Virus record (IMG/VR): IMGVR_UViG_3300049217_000078
Span: 1-44,012 of that record
Direction: 5' to 3' (one strand)
Source: a virus
DNA length: 44,012 bases
Of this stretch, positions 10,362-18,354 are shown in pieces. The position numbers were made by a program, and so were the translations under genes. The number at the start of each line of letters is the position of its first letter. Position 1 is the stretch's first letter. A model generated the notes under the pieces. The model was not told where the DNA came from. It ran no database searches and saw nothing but the letters and a program-made list of their open reading frames with translations.

Positions 10362-11976
10362 CGAACATCCCTCCGCCTTTTTTCTTTTGTGGTGAAAAAG
10401 CTATCATAACAGCATCGGCAAGATTTGGCGATGCCACCCCCTCGGGAGTTTTGTCAACTATAATTTTCCCGACATTGTTTTGCATATAAGTTGGTCTTGA
10501 TAATTCTATTGTCAGTTTTGTTAATTCCGGTAATTCTTTAGGTATACTTATGATGTTATCGGGATCGTATTCGATCCCCTCTGTCACTGCGCGATGTGTA
10601 TTTTGAAATCTTAATCTGAGGGACCACCATGCTTGTGCTTTTGCATTAGCAAAGAAGTCAAAATTAGTTCGGCCCTTCCCTGGACCCCGCGCTTGTCCGT
10701 TTTTCAAGTAAGGGTCTTTATCTGGGTCTACAACTTCGCCAGAACCCCTGAAACCATTAAAACGTATTTCTGATAAATTTTGAGTAACTCGTCTTGCGTT
10801 AATAACTCTTGCATCTCCACGAACACCGGCACCCAGGCCGTCTGCGTCGTATAAAACACTAGCATAATCAAGAATATCGCATAAAGTGAAAACTTTTTCA
10901 ACACTTTTAAATATGTCTTCGCCTTTCCCAGACCATGACTCAATATATTCCAACAATACCCCATATCTGCCGCAGAAAGCATTTTTGTCTTTTCCTTCAT
11001 CCGCTACGTCCATTCCCGCTAATCTTATGCCGGAAGGTTGAATATTAAGTTTTTTATGAGCATCGATTGATGATTGTACCCATGCACTAGGAATAAGCAA
11101 CCCTTCGATTGAAGCAGAATAGTCTAAATCTATTTCTTGTGCAATTACTACAGGATCATCTAATTGATCGCAAATTTTTCTATACCAAATATCATCTTTA
11201 CGCGGATCGTCTCTCCAATGCAAAGTGAATACTGATACTTTTCCGCCGTGTCTTTTTTGTGCAAAAGGGTTATTCATTCCTCTGGGGGTGCTAATATCAA
11301 TTCGGCAATTCGTCGTGTTTGACAAAGAAGCTTCAACCAATGCAGGCCTAGGTAGCCACGCGGCTTCATCAACAAAATATATGGCCCTTCTGTCTCCTCT
11401 TCCTATGCCGTCCCCAGCTTCTCCCGAAATGATAGCTTTAGTCCCCGGGAAGGTTATTCGCATATGAGAGCAATTCTTTTTTATGTCCCATCCATTTTTA
11501 AATTCTGGTGGAAGTAAATGCAAAAACTGCCTAGCTTTTTCGAAAATGGATTTGGGGTCCCCTCTTAAATCAACATATTCTTCTTTTCTACTACCAAAGC
11601 CTATTGCCATGCCGTCGTAAAATAAACACAAGGTGCAAGCGTATGCTACAGATAACCAACTAAGCCCCATATCTCGGCTTTTGTCGCTTATTCCTCTTTC
11701 ACCATTTTTCCATTTCTCAATTGCCCATTTTATCCATTCTTCTTGCCTTTCAAATAATAGAAAAGGCACTCTTGAAGGCAAACCCCTTTCCACATTTCTC
11801 GGGTCGCTAGTGCAACCCCAGTCGATTATAAATTGCGCAGGATTTTCTTTGTAAAATAATTTTAACGAAGGCAGTACTTCAGGTTTCTTACGGATATTAG
11901 CAAGGCATTCCAATCGATGTTGGAACACCTTGACGTAATCTGGATTTCTGAAATCAAAATCAAATGGTAACGGCAT
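10348..11976 (-). CDS. terL: Terminase large subunit
   Basis: 542 aa. The N-terminal ATPase region contains [15 protein letters not shown] and FVDEAAW (Walker B-like). A C-terminal nuclease-like region is present. The gene sits immediately upstream of the portal gene. Confidence 0.85.
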   Translation of the reverse strand: MPLPFDFDFRNPDYVKVFQHRLECLANIRKKPEVLPSLKLFYKENPAQFIIDWGCTSDPRNVERGLPSRVPFLLFERQEEWIKWAIEKWKNGERGISDKSRDMGLSWLSVAYACTLCLFYDGMAIGFGSRKEEYVDLRGDPKSIFEKARQFLHLLPPEFKNGWDIKKNCSHMRITFPGTKAIISGEAGDGIGRGDRRAIYFVDEAAWLPRPALVEASLSNTTNCRIDISTPRGMNNPFAQKRHGGKVSVFTLHWRDDPRKDDIWYRKICDQLDDPVVIAQEIDLDYSASIEGLLIPSAWVQSSIDAHKKLNIQPSGIRLAGMDVADEGKDKNAFCGRYGVLLEYIESWSGKGEDIFKSVEKVFTLCDILDYASVLYDADGLGAGVRGDARVINARRVTQNLSEIRFNGFRGSGEVVDPDKDPYLKNGQARGPGKGRTNFDFFANAKAQAWWSLRLRFQNTHRAVTEGIEYDPDNIISIPKELPELTKLTIELSRPTYMQNNVGKIIVDKTPEGVASPNLADAVMIAFSPQKKKGGGMFDAFP

Positions 11977-12132
11977 TTATTTTTCTTCAGATTTTACTTC
12001 TTCCACCGCTGGTAATTTATTTAACATATCGAACAATATTGATATATTTTTTGCAGCAAATGGATAAGTACCTTCATTTAATGCATGTTTTAATACTTCA
12101 ATTTGTTGAGAATTAATTTTAAATTCTTTCAT
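11977..12132 (-). CDS. Small hypothetical protein (51 aa) abutting the terL start
   Basis: Not in the ORF track. ATG at 12130-12132 with a GAGGA Shine-Dalgarno. Translation: MKEFKINSQQIEVLKHALNEGTYPFAAKNISILFDMLNKLPAVEEVKSEEK. The stop is directly adjacent to the terL ATG. Confidence 0.5.
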   Translation of the reverse strand: MKEFKINSQQIEVLKHALNEGTYPFAAKNISILFDMLNKLPAVEEVKSEEK

Positions 12133-12141
12133 GTTTTCCTC

Positions 12142-12151
12142 ATCTATAGAT
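12142..12151. promoter_or_regulatory. Palindromic ATCTATAGAT box abutting the Shine-Dalgarno of the 51-aa ORF and terL
   Basis: Perfect 10-bp palindrome. It has the same TCTATAGA core as the duplicated boxes in the 33-bp inverted-repeat promoters. Confidence 0.4.
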
Positions 12152-12218
12152 TTGAAACTACAATTATATCTTATTGATGGATATAATAAAAGCCATACTT
12201 CGGCGATTACTTATCCAA

Positions 12219-12449
12219 TTAAGAAACGCTAGGTGGAGCACTATCTTGCATTGTAAATGCATATTTCCATTCCAATCCAGTATTGTCATTATTTGGTCCT
12301 TGATTTGAACACCAAAATATGGCACCAGTGTTTGAATTTATCCACCATGTCCCGTATTGAATAATTCCTTCATCCCAAGGCTCATTTGAAGTTGGATCGT
12401 GATCACATGTTAATCCCCATCCAGACCAATTTAATAGTGGTTGTGACAT
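12219..12449 (-). CDS. Trp-rich small protein (76 aa), last gene of the fibre cassette
   Basis: ATG with an AGGA Shine-Dalgarno. Contains WSGWGLTCDHD...YGTWWINSNTGAIFWCS. Function unknown; an assembly factor or lectin-like role is speculative. Confidence 0.5.
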   Translation of the reverse strand: MSQPLLNWSGWGLTCDHDPTSNEPWDEGIIQYGTWWINSNTGAIFWCSNQGPNNDNTGLEWKYAFTMQDSAPPSVS

Positions 12450-12453
12450 AATT

Positions 12454-12918
12454 TTATCCTAAGTATTTGATATACATCCATGAAACGTATGGAGAATTAC
12501 CTCCGCCTATACCTGTCGATGCAGACGATCCGTTGTTTACTTGAACGTTTATGTTAAACGTATTTCCTGCGGCGAGTTTTAATGTGCTCATCCCACATGT
12601 GCAGAATCTTAGAGAAGAATCAATGGAATTGATCAAAGAATATTCAGATAGTCTTGTTGATAATAATGTGCTATTTATCGTGCATAGATTACCATTACTT
12701 CCGCCGCTTACATTAGTAAGCATGAAGCTAGTAGCGATAAGATATAAACCCGGAACGGTTACGGTATATAAACCTGTAGCTGAACTATACCCAGAGCCAT
12801 ACAAGGTTGTGTCAAATTTTAAAACATAAACTGTCCCATTTCCTGTCACGTTTGTAACAGGCGTATTTAAATATACGAAAGTTGGAGGGACTAAACCAAA
12901 ATTACAAATATTAGTCAT
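12454..12918 (-). CDS. gC1q/TNF-like jelly-roll protein, paralog 3 of 3 in transcription order (154 aa)
   Basis: KFDTTLYGSGYSSATGLYTVTVPGLYLIA matches the gC1q signature core (F-D..., Y-x6-[FY]-x5-G-x-Y-x-[FI]). It has a TAATG junction with the upstream paralog. Confidence 0.65.
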   Translation of the reverse strand: MTNICNFGLVPPTFVYLNTPVTNVTGNGTVYVLKFDTTLYGSGYSSATGLYTVTVPGLYLIATSFMLTNVSGGSNGNLCTINSTLLSTRLSEYSLINSIDSSLRFCTCGMSTLKLAAGNTFNINVQVNNGSSASTGIGGGNSPYVSWMYIKYLG

Positions 12919-13367
12919 TAAAATAACCTCGCTATACTCAAATAGGTCGGGGAGCCATTTACCGTCAAAGTTTTAGATCCTCCAGAAGCGCTTAGATCAA
13001 GAAAAGCTGTATCATTTAAATTCATTTTTGCAATTATATATCCGCCAAACTGACAGACAGCAGCTGAACTTCTTAATGTAGAAGCGTTCATCTTAGAAAA
13101 TTGAAAACTTCCCAATGTAGTAACTAAGGTAAAATTCGTGTTTGCAGTAAGTGCCGATAGATTACCCAGCTCTGGCGTTATGCAAAACAAAAATGTTCCA
13201 GCAATTGTACATGTAAAAACACCTGTAGACGTATTAATGTTACCGCCTTGAATTACAGAATTGAAGATCATCTGAAAAACTGTTCCGTCCCCTGTTGCAT
13301 TTGTATAGCTGGTAGTGCTAGTCGCAAAAAGTTGAGGAGCGCTTGCTGAGTTAATTATATTTGTCAT
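12918..13367 (-). CDS. gC1q/TNF-like jelly-roll protein, paralog 2 (149 aa)
   Basis: IFNSVIQGGNINTSTGVFTCTIAGTFLFCI matches the signature core. The N-terminus MTNIIN is shared with the other paralogs. ATGA overlap with the upstream paralog. Confidence 0.65.
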   Translation of the reverse strand: MTNIINSASAPQLFATSTTSYTNATGDGTVFQMIFNSVIQGGNINTSTGVFTCTIAGTFLFCITPELGNLSALTANTNFTLVTTLGSFQFSKMNASTLRSSAAVCQFGGYIIAKMNLNDTAFLDLSASGGSKTLTVNGSPTYLSIARLF

Positions 13368-13813
13368 GGCAATCTAACTCCGCTAAAAGTGCTTAAAGTG
13401 CCAAAATTGATAACTTTAGTGCCATTTGAGACTTGTACCGTAACATGCACAGTGTCTCCTACTGACATTCTTATAGGAGCTACAGATGGAGTAAAAATCA
13501 CGTCATTAGAACTTGTAAAAGCATGGGCTAAACTGAAATCGCACGTTTGAAAACTTCCACCAGTTGCAATATATAGGAGGTTTGCATAAGTGTGAGACGA
13601 AGTTATCCCTGTTGCATGAAATCTCGTAATAAAAAGATATTCTCCCGCAATAGGACATGTAAATATTCCATTTGAAGTATTGTATCCAGAACCTGATGAC
13701 AAAGTATCCCATATGGGGGTATACACTGTGCCGTCCCCAGTTACCGTGGAAACTTGCGTAGTCAATGTCGCTAAAAAGAACGGAGTTCTTTGAGCATCGA
13801 TTATGTTAGACAT
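13364..13813 (-). CDS. gC1q/TNF-like jelly-roll protein, paralog 1 (149 aa from the ATG at 13813)
   Basis: IWDTLSSGSGYNTSNGIFTCPIAGEYLFIT matches the signature core, and the protein ends in STFSGVRLP, as in gC1q domains. The ATG overlaps the fibre stop (TAATG). The longer ORF-track form is an out-of-frame extension into the fibre gene. Confidence 0.7.
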   Translation of the reverse strand: MSNIIDAQRTPFFLATLTTQVSTVTGDGTVYTPIWDTLSSGSGYNTSNGIFTCPIAGEYLFITRFHATGITSSHTYANLLYIATGGSFQTCDFSLAHAFTSSNDVIFTPSVAPIRMSVGDTVHVTVQVSNGTKVINFGTLSTFSGVRLP

Positions 13814-16698
13814 TATGTCACCACCAAATTTAGACCTAACGCTGGATAAACAACCCATAGTCCCGAAGCTGAATCGGTTAATGTTGCACAATCGGTTGAA
13901 GAGCCTGTAGTTGAAGTTAATGTACCGCCAGCCGCGCTCAAAGAAGAAGCATACTGTATTTTGTCTGTACCATTTGCCGTTATTATCCAACCTGAAGGAC
14001 TAGAAGTGTTTAATGACTGTAAATCTATTTGTTTACCTGATCCTGTAGCCGGAAGCAAAGTATAAGCGCATTGTCCACCACTGTAATTATTAAAATATCT
14101 TGTTCCTAACGACATTGCTTGACTTGAACCGGTTACGGTAACCGCAGCAATAAAACTGTAGTTTGGAACGGTAGCTAGATTTTTTGATCCGTCTGTGACC
14201 ACGGCGTAGCTCGCGGTTAATCCAGACAAATTTAATCCAGTTGTGCTTAAAATGTTTGTACTTGGGTTGTACATAAGATTTGAAGAAATATCTTGCGCTT
14301 GAAACCCAGTGCTGGGTGAAGGAACAAAAGAAATATAATAAGAAGCATTAGTGGTGGTATTAGTAACATTAAGTAAAGAAGCTTGTGCAGCCGTGCCAGA
14401 AATACTAATCCCGTAAGTCCCACTAGCCGCCACCAAATTATGCCCTCCATCCGTCGCCACTAAATTAACGGTGGCTATGGAGCTTGCATTAACTGTGGCT
14501 AAACTTAATACATTAGTACTTGGATTATACGAAAATCCAGAATTTAAAGTGGCTTGTTGGTAACCATTTGTAGTGGAAGCCACAAACAGTGGATAAAAAC
14601 TTGCAGGCGTACTGCTGCTAATCGTATTGATGTTATTTGCATTGATAGCGACCGTAGTACTTGCAGAACTCCCGGAAATATTAATCGCGTATGGAGAAAT
14701 AGTATCTGCTGGAATTAAATTACTGGATCCATCTGTAGCTACTAATATATTTGTATTTAAATTACTCACATTGATATCTGGAGCAACTAATACGCCTGCC
14801 CCTGGATTAAAAAATAAGTTACTAGAGCAATTTCCGCTTCGGAAACCTGTTGCTGACGCATTTACAAAAGGAATAAAGTAATTTGCGGTGTTGGTAACAT
14901 TAGTAATGCTCCATGATGTCGCATCAGTTGCTAAACCTGCCGTTGTGGCGCTTCCGCTGATATTGCAAGTAAGGACATTCGTGCTAGGAACAAATGAAAA
15001 CGCGCTTGAAAACAGCGGACTTTGGAATCCACCGCTTGATGAAGCAACAAATAGCGGATAAAAACTGCTAGAGCTAGTGCTGTTATTAGTAGCCACGCTT
15101 GTTGCATCAGTTGCGGAACCCGCTGCGCCGGTAATGCTTATGGGCCAAGTTCCAGTCGCATTAGCTCCAGTGTTAGGAACAAGTGTAGAATTTCCATTAG
15201 GGAATGTATAAGTAGAAGCAGTCGGGAAATTCAGCGTCGCCGGCAATGTGCCAGTGATAAGCATGCCGCCATCCGCAATCAAACCCGTTGTTCCTGAAAA
15301 AATAGCCACATGGCCTGAAACAACGCCCCCTGTGACGTTTTCAAATGATGAACCGCCAGTGGTGCTTAAATACCAATTAGTTGAACCTTGAACAAGATTA
15401 TCAGTGCTGTTTAATCCTGCATATGTATCAATATTAAACAAGCGCCCAGATAAGGTGTTTATAACTAAATTATCCCCTGAACTAACATTATTTACAGTTA
15501 GTATTAACGCATCATTAGGGTTTAACGTCACTATGCCTGTTAAAGATGCAACAACAGGAGTAAAGTTATCTGTAGTTACCGTTGATGTAAAATAATTAGT
15601 ATTTACATATGAGCCGCCTGCCAGATGAATAGTGGGGTTAAAATTAAAAATTTGAGGAGTTAAGCTTGTTCCTCGCACTGTTACTGTAAAATCAAAAGCA
15701 TAAATTTGGGCAGTTGATGCAAGAGACTGTAATGCCGGGGTGTTTATCGGATTAAGATAAACATTCACCCCAACCGCTTCAACGACTGCAAATTTTGTTG
15801 CATCTATTTTAATTGGGGTAAAACTTGTATCTGTTGGAAAACTAACTGTGTTAGCCGCAACGGTATACTGCCCTTTTCCTATATCAGTTGCTCCGCTACT
15901 GCCTGCCGAATTCAGAGTAATAGAACCATCAGAATTATAATCGATGGCCATATTAGTGCCTTGAATCACTTTATCTTGCGTTAAAATGCTTTTAAAAGAA
16001 CCAGTTGAGTCATAATAATTCAATGCATCATTTGTTGTATTGTATGCAAATAAGCCAATTGGATTATCGCTGACGGTTAGACCATCTATTGCCGTTCCAC
16101 TCAATAGAGGAAAAGGCATGGACCCTTGATTTCTTATCGGAGACGACGCCACTTGCAAAACCGACGCTTGATAAAATGTTCCAGATTGTCCAACATTTAT
16201 TCCAACATTTTCAACGTGGGAATTTGTTGAACTTGTCCCACCAATGACAATGCGGGTTGGGTTAGTCGCATCTGATCCTATCATGGAAAAAATGGTGTTC
16301 ACATGGCCTTTATCTAGGATCTCATATAAGAAAAACCCCGATTCGCTTCCCGCTACTGACTCATAAGAAAAGCCGCCAGCCCATTGTCCAAAAAAAAGGT
16401 GATCCGTGTTTGGAGTAGTACCTGTGGCATTAATGGAAAATGACCGGTTTAAAACACCTACATCCGCGTTATTAAAGAAAGTTAGGAAATTTCCAGAAAT
16501 TTCTGTATAGGTACCGGCAGAATCTGTGAAATAGGAAGGATTCCCTACCCAACTTACAGATCCCAAATCCATGTTAATGATGGCCGGATTACCAGAGCTA
16601 TCATAAGCTACTTGTAAGCTAACATCGGTCGGTGGAACTCCACCATGAGCTACGTGAAATACTTCTAACCATTTTAAAAATTCACCGGCTGATATCAT
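13813..16698 (-). CDS. Long tail fibre protein (961 aa from MISAGEF)
   Basis: Rich in Ser, Thr, Asn and Gly. Contains four repeats of about 65-75 aa with the core [FY]YP/I-LFV..(x)G[FY]Q...S..[FY]NPSTN[VI]L. The start was chosen at the ATGA overlap with the upstream 68-aa ORF (16695-16698). Confidence 0.8.
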   Translation of the reverse strand: MISAGEFLKWLEVFHVAHGGVPPTDVSLQVAYDSSGNPAIINMDLGSVSWVGNPSYFTDSAGTYTEISGNFLTFFNNADVGVLNRSFSINATGTTPNTDHLFFGQWAGGFSYESVAGSESGFFLYEILDKGHVNTIFSMIGSDATNPTRIVIGGTSSTNSHVENVGINVGQSGTFYQASVLQVASSPIRNQGSMPFPLLSGTAIDGLTVSDNPIGLFAYNTTNDALNYYDSTGSFKSILTQDKVIQGTNMAIDYNSDGSITLNSAGSSGATDIGKGQYTVAANTVSFPTDTSFTPIKIDATKFAVVEAVGVNVYLNPINTPALQSLASTAQIYAFDFTVTVRGTSLTPQIFNFNPTIHLAGGSYVNTNYFTSTVTTDNFTPVVASLTGIVTLNPNDALILTVNNVSSGDNLVINTLSGRLFNIDTYAGLNSTDNLVQGSTNWYLSTTGGSSFENVTGGVVSGHVAIFSGTTGLIADGGMLITGTLPATLNFPTASTYTFPNGNSTLVPNTGANATGTWPISITGAAGSATDATSVATNNSTSSSSFYPLFVASSSGGFQSPLFSSAFSFVPSTNVLTCNISGSATTAGLATDATSWSITNVTNTANYFIPFVNASATGFRSGNCSSNLFFNPGAGVLVAPDINVSNLNTNILVATDGSSNLIPADTISPYAINISGSSASTTVAINANNINTISSSTPASFYPLFVASTTNGYQQATLNSGFSYNPSTNVLSLATVNASSIATVNLVATDGGHNLVAASGTYGISISGTAAQASLLNVTNTTTNASYYISFVPSPSTGFQAQDISSNLMYNPSTNILSTTGLNLSGLTASYAVVTDGSKNLATVPNYSFIAAVTVTGSSQAMSLGTRYFNNYSGGQCAYTLLPATGSGKQIDLQSLNTSSPSGWIITANGTDKIQYASSLSAAGGTLTSTTGSSTDCATLTDSASGLWVVYPALGLNLVVT

Positions 16699-16901
16699 TG
16701 GGCAATCCATCCTGAAATGTTTGTGACATTTGCGCCTGAATAAGTAAACGTTTGCACAAAGTTTCTGGGCATCCCGGTTTGCAAACTAGGGTAAGTGACA
16801 GTTATAGTTGCAATATTTGCACCACTATAAGTAAAAGTTTGCGCTAATGAATTTAAATCTAGCTGAGTACCATCGCTGGCCGTGACTGTTTCTGCCGACA
16901 T
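16695..16901 (-). CDS. Small fibre-associated protein (68 aa) with an internal QTFTYSGAN[IV] duplication
   Basis: Translationally coupled (ATGA) to the fibre gene. The motif is repeated twice. Confidence 0.5.
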   Translation of the reverse strand: MSAETVTASDGTQLDLNSLAQTFTYSGANIATITVTYPSLQTGMPRNFVQTFTYSGANVTNISGWIAQ

Positions 16902-16905
16902 CTGA

Positions 16906-17337
16906 CTAACTCCCTGTTGTCATGACTTCTTCGTATATCTTACCCGCTTCCACTGGGTCAGTGGTAGTTATTTTTAGCTCAAGTGGTGAACTTTTGTCTG
17001 TTTTGATTTTAGCATCTAGCTTAAGACTGCTCTCGGCTAGCCATTTAGCTTTTCGCTCTAGATAAAATAATATGCACTTAGTGTCACCTTGCTCTATTTT
17101 CTCTAAAAATTTATTTATTACAAACTCTAATAACTTGCTTCTTCCTTTTTTTATTCTTTCCTCTATTTCTGGATGTTGCTGTTTAGTATGATACCAACAT
17201 GATTTTTTAACCCCAAAATAGCCGCGTATTTGCTCTTGAGTGAATTGTTTTCGTGAAAGTGATTCAAGTTTGTCCAAAAATTCCTCATTTATTTCTATTG
17301 TAGGTTTTGGACCGGGTTTATTTCGTTTCTTATCCAT
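16906..17337 (-). CDS. terS: HTH protein, probable terminase small subunit
   Basis: 143 aa and the first gene of the late operon. The pattern GPKPT..(x)..FTQEQIRGYFGVKKSCWYHTKQQHPEIEERIKKGR...ILFYLERKAKW resembles HTH-type small terminases (from recollection). Confidence 0.5.
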   Translation of the reverse strand: MDKKRNKPGPKPTIEINEEFLDKLESLSRKQFTQEQIRGYFGVKKSCWYHTKQQHPEIEERIKKGRSKLLEFVINKFLEKIEQGDTKCILFYLERKAKWLAESSLKLDAKIKTDKSSPLELKITTTDPVEAGKIYEEVMTTGS

Positions 17338-17356
17338 GGTTTATCCTCCTGTTTAA

Positions 17357-17385
17357 ATTATACACTTTACTTCCCCACTAGTAAA
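17357..17385 (-). promoter_or_regulatory. Sigma70-like late-operon promoter TTTACT-N17-TATAAT
   Basis: Minus strand: TTTACTagtggggaagtaaagtgTATAAT. It lies about 20 nt upstream of the AGGAGG Shine-Dalgarno and the terS-like ATG. Confidence 0.6.
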
Positions 17386-17390
17386 CACAT

Positions 17391-17416
17391 GCCCGAAGCA
17401 GCAAAATACCCGAACC
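17391..17416. promoter_or_regulatory. Two TTCGGG boxes (read on the minus strand: GGTTCGGGT-N8-GCTTCGGGC) just upstream of the late -35
   Basis: Plus strand: gcccgaagc (17391-17399) and acccgaacc (17408-17416). Confidence 0.5.
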
Positions 17417-17682
17417 ATATTTCTTTAAGTCCGCCTATTCGGTCTTCACCTATCTTATTGTTTTTATTATTATTATTAATATAATGGACTGAAGGACCGT
17501 ACAATATATAAATTTTACATAAAGCTGTACATACATGTGGATAAGTAATAAAATAAGCATATTATGTACATACAGATTTCCGGAGGGTATGAACCCTCAT
17601 TTTGTTCGGTTATTTGATGGTAAAAAGCTTTGAAACCCACGTCTGCCAAGGGATGCCCGTGAACCGAATAAAATCGATAGGC

Positions 17683-17708
17683 GTTCGGGCCTGTTCGGGC
17701 TTCGGTCC
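17683..17708. promoter_or_regulatory. Three tandem GTTCGGGC / TTCGGTCC boxes at roughly 10-bp spacing, upstream of the rightward gene
   Basis: gcGTTCGGGCctGTTCGGGCTTCGGTCC. A possible TAAAAT -10 lies at 17723-17728 with no recognisable -35. Confidence 0.5.
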
Positions 17709-17743
17709 AAATGTTTGATTAATAAAATATGAGAGGAATCAAA

Positions 17744-18031
17744 ATGATAACACGAGATTATGCTATGGTAAATAGATTAAAAATCTATTATGACTGTTCT
17801 TCTTGTAAAAAAGGTCATCCGCCAGGTAGGTACACGAAAACAGGAAGATGTGTTTACTGTCACAGAGAAAACGCCAAAAGTGATAACCCTGATAGGATTA
17901 CTAAAAAGAAGCTTAAAACCGCATATGGGGTTTTAAAAGTGTATATGTATGTACATTCAGAAGATCTCCCTTTATTAGAAGCATTCGCAGCTTCTCTTCG
18001 ACTAGACCGCGGAATAATTCTTGATTTGTAG
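17744..18031 (+). CDS. Zinc-ribbon protein (95 aa from MITRDYA)
   Basis: Contains CSSC..(x14)..CVYC. A GAGAGGA Shine-Dalgarno favours the ATG at 17744 over the one at 17729. Confidence 0.55.
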   Translation: MITRDYAMVNRLKIYYDCSSCKKGHPPGRYTKTGRCVYCHRENAKSDNPDRITKKKLKTAYGVLKVYMYVHSEDLPLLEAFAASLRLDRGIILDL

Positions 18032-18061
18032 TATACTAATTTTTCAAGTATAGGAGGTTTT

Positions 18062-18232
18062 ATGAAAGATAGACCAATTGAACAAAATAAGTCTAGTTTT
18101 TTTAAAGAAATAAAACAAGAGCATCCCAAGGGATCTATGGTACAAACGACTACCGTCACCGTAAATATAGATCAAAAAGATGATTGTTTTACTGGTTGTA
18201 TTAGAGCGCTTACGGATTGTTTCAAGAGATGA
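18062..18232 (+). CDS. Small hypothetical protein (56 aa)
   Basis: Not in the ORF track. TAGGAGG Shine-Dalgarno followed by an ATG. Translation begins MKDRPIEQNKSSFFKEIKQEHPKGSMVQTTTVTVNIDQKDDCF. Confidence 0.5.
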   Translation: MKDRPIEQNKSSFFKEIKQEHPKGSMVQTTTVTVNIDQKDDCFTGCIRALTDCFKR

Positions 18233-18238
18233 GTATAG

Positions 18239-18267
18239 TTGACTTAATGTAGATTATGTTCTATAGT
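18239..18267 (+). promoter_or_regulatory. Sigma70-like promoter TTGACT-N17-TATAGT
   Basis: tatagTTGACTtaatgtagattatgttcTATAGT. It is related to the 33-bp inverted-repeat promoters (same TATAGTTGAC lead and TATAGT -10). An ATGAGTccACTCAT palindrome lies about 20 nt downstream. Confidence 0.6.
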
Positions 18268-18354
18268 TTTGTTGGGCAGGCAATGAGTCCACTCATAAGT
18301 AATAGATAAGCTGTCTATGATCCTGTCCACTTATAACAAACTAAAAGGGTATTT

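Noticed and set aside
10728-11000. 90-aa minus-strand ORF nested inside terL, and other nested or antisense ORFs (1327..1590, 5712..5972, 14247..14450, 32301..32763, 37181..37451 and others)
   Set aside because: All are embedded in or antisense to long, well-supported CDSs. They lack Shine-Dalgarno motifs and have biased composition typical of spurious frames in AT-rich DNA.
13814-13990. N-terminal extension of the first gC1q-like ORF (208-aa form)
   Set aside because: The extension lies entirely inside the fibre CDS in another frame. The conserved M[ST]NI start at 13813 matches the two paralogs and overlaps the fibre stop.
12219-16901. Diversity-generating retroelement targeting the fibre or gC1q-like genes
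   Set aside because: No reverse transcriptase ORF (no YxDD-type motif protein) and no template-repeat/variable-repeat pair could be found in the genome.
17338-17728. attP / integration site or lysogeny switch in the large intergenic region
   Set aside because: No integrase, excisionase-integrase pair or CI/Cro-like divergent repressors are present. The boxes are better explained as promoter-proximal regulator sites or an origin.
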